A DNA stretch of 64,000 nucleotides, from assembly GCA_902785135.1 (NCBI GenBank), contig CACZXL010000001.1, forward strand, positions 2,109 to 66,108. Reading direction: 5' to 3'. Source of the DNA: an uncultured Erysipelotrichaceae bacterium (GTDB lineage: Bacteria > Bacillota_I > Bacilli_A > RF39 > UBA660). Within the stretch, counting starts at the first letter, position 1. Each line of letters opens with the position of its first letter. Positions 59,335-64,000 of this stretch are shown one piece after another. The translations under genes and the position numbers were made by a program. A model generated the notes under the pieces. It saw nothing but the letters and a program-made list of their open reading frames with translations, ran no database searches and was not told the origin of the DNA.

Positions 59335-59443
59335 TTGGAATATCCAATTATTTTTTTGTTTTCAATGGATTTAAATAATAAAAAGGAGAATAAGTTTATT
59401 AGAAGCATAATTTTATTTTATTTTAAAATGTGTTATTATATAG

Positions 59444-59836
59444 GTGGTGAAAGAAATGGGGATAAATGAAATAAATACTTTGTCACTAGCATATTTAGGT
59501 GATGCGGTATATGAAATCAAAGTTAGAGAGTATTTAATTAGTTTAGGTATTCAAAAAGTAAATAAGTTACAAGATAAAGCAATGAGTTTTGTAACAGCAA
59601 AGAAACAATGTGAATATATAAACTATTTTATAAATAATAATATATTAACTGAAATAGAATTAGATTATGTTAAAAGAGGTAGAAATGCATCTGTCCATTC
59701 ACATCCAAAAAATACTGATATAGTTACTTATAAATGGGCGACAGGATTTGAATGTTTATTTGGATATTTATATTTGGAAAAGAAAACTGAAAGAATAGAT
59801 GAATTATTTAATATGATATTAGAGGTGAAAGAATGA
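59444..59836 (+). CDS. mrnC: Mini-ribonuclease III
   Basis: LAYLGDAVYE..VR, KRGRNA, Y..ATGFECLFGYLY. Confidence 0.93.
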   Translation: MVKEMGINEINTLSLAYLGDAVYEIKVREYLISLGIQKVNKLQDKAMSFVTAKKQCEYINYFINNNILTEIELDYVKRGRNASVHSHPKNTDIVTYKWATGFECLFGYLYLEKKTERIDELFNMILEVKE

Positions 59837-60531
59837 TAGTATTTGGAAGAAATGTTGCTGAAGAAGTAATTAATAGTGGGAAAGAAATAAAAAAAGTTTT
59901 TGTATCTACTACTTTTGATGATAAAAAGATTCTTAATTATTTAGAAAAGAATAATATTAAAACAATAAAAATGAATAAAAGAGAAATGGATAATAAATAT
60001 AAAGGAAATCATCAAGGTATAGTTTTAGAAATAGAAGATTTTAAATATGGGAAATTAGATGATTTATTAAATGATAAATTTATAGTTATGTTAGATCATT
60101 TAGAAGATCCTCATAATTTAGGCGCAATAATTAGAACTTGTGAAGCAGCTGGTGTTGATGCTATTATTATTCCAAAAAGAAGAGGTGTAGAAATAAATTC
60201 TACTGTTATGAAGGTATCAGCGGGTGCTTTAAATAATATTAATATAGTAGAAGTAAATAGTTTAGCTCAAACAATTGATAAATTAAAAGAATATGGCTTT
60301 TGGATATATGGTACTGACATGGATGGTACAAATTATACTGATGTTGTTTATGACACAAGAACATGTCTAGTAATAGGTGCAGAAGGTAATGGTATTTCAA
60401 GATTAGTAAGTGATAAATGTGATTTTATTATAAGTATTCCTATGGCAGGAAAGATTAATAGTTTAAATGCATCTGTAGCGGCAGGTATAACTATATATGA
60501 AGTAGTAAGACAAAAAATGAAAGGTGAATAA
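59833..60531 (+). CDS. rlmB: 23S rRNA Gm2251 methyltransferase
   Basis: NHQG, LDHLEDPHNLGAIIRT, IGAEG.G, IPMAGKINSLNASVA. Confidence 0.95.
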   Translation: MIVFGRNVAEEVINSGKEIKKVFVSTTFDDKKILNYLEKNNIKTIKMNKREMDNKYKGNHQGIVLEIEDFKYGKLDDLLNDKFIVMLDHLEDPHNLGAIIRTCEAAGVDAIIIPKRRGVEINSTVMKVSAGALNNINIVEVNSLAQTIDKLKEYGFWIYGTDMDGTNYTDVVYDTRTCLVIGAEGNGISRLVSDKCDFIISIPMAGKINSLNASVAAGITIYEVVRQKMKGE

Positions 60532-60532
60532 T

Positions 60533-61147
60533 ATGTCTAAATATAAAAATGAAAATGATAATGAATTGTTATATTTAGTTTCTGAAAATAATGAAGATGC
60601 AAAACAAATATTTTTTGATAAATACGATAATATGATAAAAATTAAAGCATTAAAGTATAAAAGCTTTACTGAATCAAAAGGTTTTGATTATAATGATCTC
60701 CTTCAAGAAGGAAGATTAGGTTTAACACAAGCTATGAATGATTATAAAGAACAAAAAAACGTAAAGTTTCAAACATTTGCTAATTTATGTATTGATAGAC
60801 AAATAGCATCTTTTTTAAGAAATATAGCGAGAGATAAACATAAGATATTAAACGAATCTATTTCTTTAGATTCTACAACTAATACAATAGGTAGACCATT
60901 AACAGAATTAATATTAGATGATAAAAATATAGATCCAGAATTATCTTTTATAGAAATGGAAGAAAAAACAGAATTATATAAAAAAATAGAAGATTTATTG
61001 ACACCATTAGAACAAGATGTTTTTAATTTAAGAATTCAAGGTTTTACATATAAAGAAATATCTGAATTATTAAATATTACATCTAAGGCAGTAGATGGCG
61101 CAATAAGTAGAATTAAAAATAAAATTAGTACAATGATAAAACAATAA
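60533..61147 (+). CDS. sigH: Alternative sigma factor SigH family
   Basis: DLLQEGRLGL..A..DY..FQTFA.LCI.RQI, H..LN.SISLD, LT.LE..V..G..YKEI..K.VD.A..RIK.K; rlmB-sigH-secE synteny. Confidence 0.88.
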   Translation: MSKYKNENDNELLYLVSENNEDAKQIFFDKYDNMIKIKALKYKSFTESKGFDYNDLLQEGRLGLTQAMNDYKEQKNVKFQTFANLCIDRQIASFLRNIARDKHKILNESISLDSTTNTIGRPLTELILDDKNIDPELSFIEMEEKTELYKKIEDLLTPLEQDVFNLRIQGFTYKEISELLNITSKAVDGAISRIKNKISTMIKQ

Positions 61148-61246
61148 AAAAACACTTAAAAACGTTGACTTATAAAGGGTTTTATGTTAATATTTACTCA
61201 AGAAGGCACAAAGAAGTGTTTTTTATTTTGGAATAAAGGTGATTTT

Positions 61247-61459
61247 ATGGAAAAAATTAAAGATTTATTTTCTGATATGAAATCAGAAGTAAAAAGAATA
61301 AGATGGTGTAAAGGTAAAGAATTATGGAAGAACGTATTAATTACTGTTGTTACAATTACTTTCTTTGCATTATTCTTTATTGCTATTCAATATATTATAG
61401 TACTAATAGGTATGATTGATTTTAAATCAATTATTAAGACTATTAGTGAGTGGTTTTAG
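61247..61459 (+). CDS. secE: Preprotein translocase SecE
   Basis: SEVKRIRW..KEL followed by a TM; precedes nusG. Confidence 0.88.
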   Translation: MEKIKDLFSDMKSEVKRIRWCKGKELWKNVLITVVTITFFALFFIAIQYIIVLIGMIDFKSIIKTISEWF

Positions 61460-61470
61460 GAGGTATTAAC

Positions 61471-62010
61471 ATGGAAGAAAAACAATGGTATGTAGTTAAT
61501 ACTTATTCAGGACATGAAAATAAAGTTAAAGAAAAATTAGATATGCGTATTCAATCTATGAACATGCAAGACTATATTTTTAGAGTTATAGTACCTGAAA
61601 AAACAGAAATTGAAATAAAAGATGGTGTAAAGAAAGAAAGAGTTAAAAAACTATTCCCAGGATATGTATTAGTTGAAATGATTATGACTGATGAAGCTTG
61701 GTATGTAGTTAGAAATACTCCAGGTGTTACTGGTTTCTTAGGATCATCTGGTAAAGGTGCTAAACCATTCCCATTATTTAAACATGAAATAGATAATATT
61801 CTTAAAACTATTGGTGTTTCTGATAAACCAGTTGTTGTTGATCTTAAAGTTGATGATAAAGTTAAGATTAATGATGGTCCATTCAAGTTAATGGCTGGTA
61901 AAGTATTAGAAATAGATAAAGAAAATAATAAAGCAAAAGTATCAATAGATTTATTTGGTCAAGAAACTACAGTTGAGGTTGACTTAACTCAAATAGAACT
62001 TGACAAATAA
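61471..62010 (+). CDS. nusG: Transcription factor NusG
   Basis: WYVVNTYSGHENKVK, FPGYVLVEM, VRNTPGVTGF, KOW GPF, FGQET. Confidence 0.97.
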   Translation: MEEKQWYVVNTYSGHENKVKEKLDMRIQSMNMQDYIFRVIVPEKTEIEIKDGVKKERVKKLFPGYVLVEMIMTDEAWYVVRNTPGVTGFLGSSGKGAKPFPLFKHEIDNILKTIGVSDKPVVVDLKVDDKVKINDGPFKLMAGKVLEIDKENNKAKVSIDLFGQETTVEVDLTQIELDK

Positions 62011-62076
62011 GTATAGACAAACATGTAAAAACATGTTATATTATTATGGCACTATGTATTTTTATATATAGATGAA

Positions 62077-62105
62077 GTGGGAGGCATATAAGTCATTTGT
62101 ACCAC
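62077..62105 (+). promoter_or_regulatory. L1-binding autoregulatory element upstream of rplK
   Basis: GTGGGAGG...GTACCAC closing stem typical of L1 mRNA targets. Confidence 0.65.
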
Positions 62106-62136
62106 TCGCGGAAAAAATTTATAGGAGGTGTTTTTC

Positions 62137-62562
62137 GTGGCAAGAGAATTAGTAAATAAGGTAAAACTTCAAATCCCTGCAGGAAAAGCTACAGCTGCTC
62201 CACCAGTTGGTACAGCATTAGGTCCATTCGGTATTCCACTACCAGATTTTTGTAACAGATTTAATGACGCTACAAAAGATAAAATGGGCGATGTAGTTCC
62301 AGTAGAAGTATATATTTACGATGATAGATCATTCGATTTCAAAGTAAAGACTTCACCTGCTGCATTCTTAATTAAGAAGGCTGCTGGAGTTAAGAAAGCC
62401 TCATCAACAGGAGCAAAAGATGTTGCTGGTTCAATTACAAGAGATCAATTAAGACAAATCGCTGAAACTAAATTACCAGATTTAAATGCTTATACAGTTG
62501 AAGAAGCTATGAAAATTATTGAAGGTACCGCTAAAAATATGGGTATCGAAATTAAGGATTAG
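62137..62562 (+). CDS. rplK: 50S ribosomal protein L11
   Basis: KLQIPAGKA..PPVGTALG..FC..FN, KTSPAA, IAETKLPDLNA, GTAKNMG; GTG start. Confidence 0.97.
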   Translation: MARELVNKVKLQIPAGKATAAPPVGTALGPFGIPLPDFCNRFNDATKDKMGDVVPVEVYIYDDRSFDFKVKTSPAAFLIKKAAGVKKASSTGAKDVAGSITRDQLRQIAETKLPDLNAYTVEEAMKIIEGTAKNMGIEIKD

Positions 62563-62582
62563 AATTTTACATATATAGATAT

Positions 62583-62609
62583 GTGGGAGGATATATCCGC
62601 AAATACCAC
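62583..62609 (+). promoter_or_regulatory. L1-binding element upstream of rplA
   Basis: GTGGGAGGATATATCCGCAAATACCAC directly before the SD. Confidence 0.7.
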
Positions 62610-62623
62610 AAGGAGGAATAAAT

Positions 62624-63322
62624 ATGAAGAAAGGTAAAAAATACGTACAAGCTTTAGAATTAATAGAAAAAGGTAAAGCTTATACTAAAGAAGAAGCTAT
62701 AGAATTAGTTAAAAAGACTAGTACTAGTAAATTTGATGGTTCTGTAGAAGTTGCTATTAATCTTAATTTAGATACTAAAAAAACTGATCAACAATTAAGA
62801 GGTGCTATAGTACTTCCAAATGGAACTGGTAAAACTAAAAGAGTATTAGTTTTAACTAAAAATGCTGATCAAGCTAAAGCTGCTAAAGAAGCAGGAGCTG
62901 ATTTTGTTGGAGAAGCAGACTTAGTTGACAAGATTCAAAAAGAAAACTGGTTAGACTTTGATATAATTATTGCTACTCCAGAAATGATGCCTATGTTAGG
63001 TAAATTAGGTAAGGTTTTAGGTCCTAGAGGATTAATGCCAAACCCTAAAACAGGAACAGTTACAACTGATGTAACAAAACCAATTGAAGAAGTTAAAAAA
63101 GGTAGAATTGAATATAGAACTGATAGCTATGGTAATGTTCATGCTATTATCGGTAAAGTATCATTTGATGCTAAAAAGTTAGTTGAAAACTTACAAGCAT
63201 TTGTTACTGTAATAGTTAAATCAAAACCACAAACAGCTAAAGGAACATATATTAAAAATATATCAGTATCTTCAACTATGGGTCCTGGTGTAAAAGTTGA
63301 TGTTTCTACATTGACAAACTAA
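62624..63322 (+). CDS. rplA: 50S ribosomal protein L1
   Basis: [40 protein letters not shown]. Confidence 0.98.
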   Translation: MKKGKKYVQALELIEKGKAYTKEEAIELVKKTSTSKFDGSVEVAINLNLDTKKTDQQLRGAIVLPNGTGKTKRVLVLTKNADQAKAAKEAGADFVGEADLVDKIQKENWLDFDIIIATPEMMPMLGKLGKVLGPRGLMPNPKTGTVTTDVTKPIEEVKKGRIEYRTDSYGNVHAIIGKVSFDAKKLVENLQAFVTVIVKSKPQTAKGTYIKNISVSSTMGPGVKVDVSTLTN

Positions 63323-63366
63323 TAAAAATAGTTATAATATAATTGTTATTGAAAAAGTTTCGTGTA

Positions 63367-63471
63367 CCGAAGACAGTAAGTGTTTTATATAAAACTTAAT
63401 TTCTTACCGAGGACAATATACTTATTATTTTAGAATAATAGAGTCTTTGTCCGTTGTACAAAGACTTTTTT
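63367..63471 (+). ncRNA. L10 leader (rplJ attenuator) with terminator
   Basis: CCGAAGACAGTAAG...TTAAT..CTTACCGAGG core plus AGTCTTTGT-CCGTTGT-ACAAAGACT-TTTTT. Confidence 0.8.
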
Positions 63472-63496
63472 AATATAAATAAGCAAGGAGGAAAGT

Positions 63497-63994
63497 ATGG
63501 CAAACGCAAAAATACTTGAAGCTAAACAAACAGTTATTGATGAAATAACAGAAGTTGCTAAAAACAGTGCTTCATTTATCTTGTTTGACTACCGTGGTCT
63601 TACTGCTGAAGAAGTTGCTGAACTTAGAAGAAATCTTCGTGAAAACGGAGCAAAGTACAAAGTTTGGAAAAACACTTTAACAAAAAGAGCTATGGATGGT
63701 TTAAACTTTAATCTTGACGATTGTCTAAATGGTCCTAGTGCAATGGCATACTCAGATGATTCAGTTGCTCCAATTAAAGTACTTAGTGATTTTGCAAAAG
63801 AACACAAAGCACTTGAAATTAAAGGAGGAATTGTTGATGGAGAAGTTACAACATTAGAAAATATCAAAGCATTATCAACTTTACCATCAAGAGAAGGATT
63901 ACTTACTATGCTTGCTTCTGGACTAATTGGTACAGTAAAAGATTTATCTATCGCTTTAAATATGCTTAGCGAAGAGAAAGAAAAAAGCGAATAA
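63497..63994 (+). CDS. rplJ: 50S ribosomal protein L10
   Basis: DYRGLT..V.ELRR.LRE..KVWKNTL..A, GPSAMA, LEIKGG, LPSREGLL.MLA. Confidence 0.97.
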   Translation: MANAKILEAKQTVIDEITEVAKNSASFILFDYRGLTAEEVAELRRNLRENGAKYKVWKNTLTKRAMDGLNFNLDDCLNGPSAMAYSDDSVAPIKVLSDFAKEHKALEIKGGIVDGEVTTLENIKALSTLPSREGLLTMLASGLIGTVKDLSIALNMLSEEKEKSE

Positions 63995-64000
63995 TTGGAA

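Noticed and set aside
1-64000. Genetic code 4 (Mycoplasma-type), tRNA/rRNA genes, IS elements
   Set aside because: Long ORFs are intact under code 11 with TGG for Trp and TGA used as a stop (e.g. yabP). I recognised no tRNA cloverleaf, rRNA or transposase.

Overview
AT-rich, genetic-code-11 chromosome segment from a genome-reduced but probably still sporulating member of the Bacilli. An RF39-like gut lineage is my inference from gene content and style, not a database result. The window spans the replication origin: genes left of dnaA are on the minus strand and almost all genes right of rpmH are on the plus strand. Housekeeping genes include secA (partial), hpf, tagO, mbl, murA, mfd, dnaX, gyrA/B, recF, dnaN, dnaA, rpmH-rnpA-yidC-jag-mnmE-mnmG-rsmG, argS, rpoE, prfA/prmC and secE-nusG-rplK-rplA-rplJ. 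A thinned sporulation/competence set is present: spoIID, spoIIQ, spoIIR, bofA, yabPQ, spoVG, sigH, comK and noc. Main candidates for novelty: (1) a rearranged agr-like quorum-sensing locus (5080-7189), where one membrane protein fuses a multi-TM domain, an AgrB-like R-x6-H-x6-C protease module and a C-terminal HTH, hides an unannotated out-of-frame 29-aa peptide gene with a near-perfect SD, and is followed by a sensor-less AgrC-type kinase; (2) an alternating array of 5 perfect parS and 3 Noc-binding palindromes (30804-31698) around tadA and a minimal SRP RNA, together with a Noc-type protein lacking the N-terminal membrane helix and with no soj/spo0J beside it; (3) comK sitting in the yaaA slot of the dnaN-recF region behind a perfect Spo0A box; (4) an accessory cell-envelope operon pairing an intact pilin-hairpin/CHAP fusion with an apparently inactive C39-like protein. 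All family assignments come from motif recognition by eye; no searches were run.
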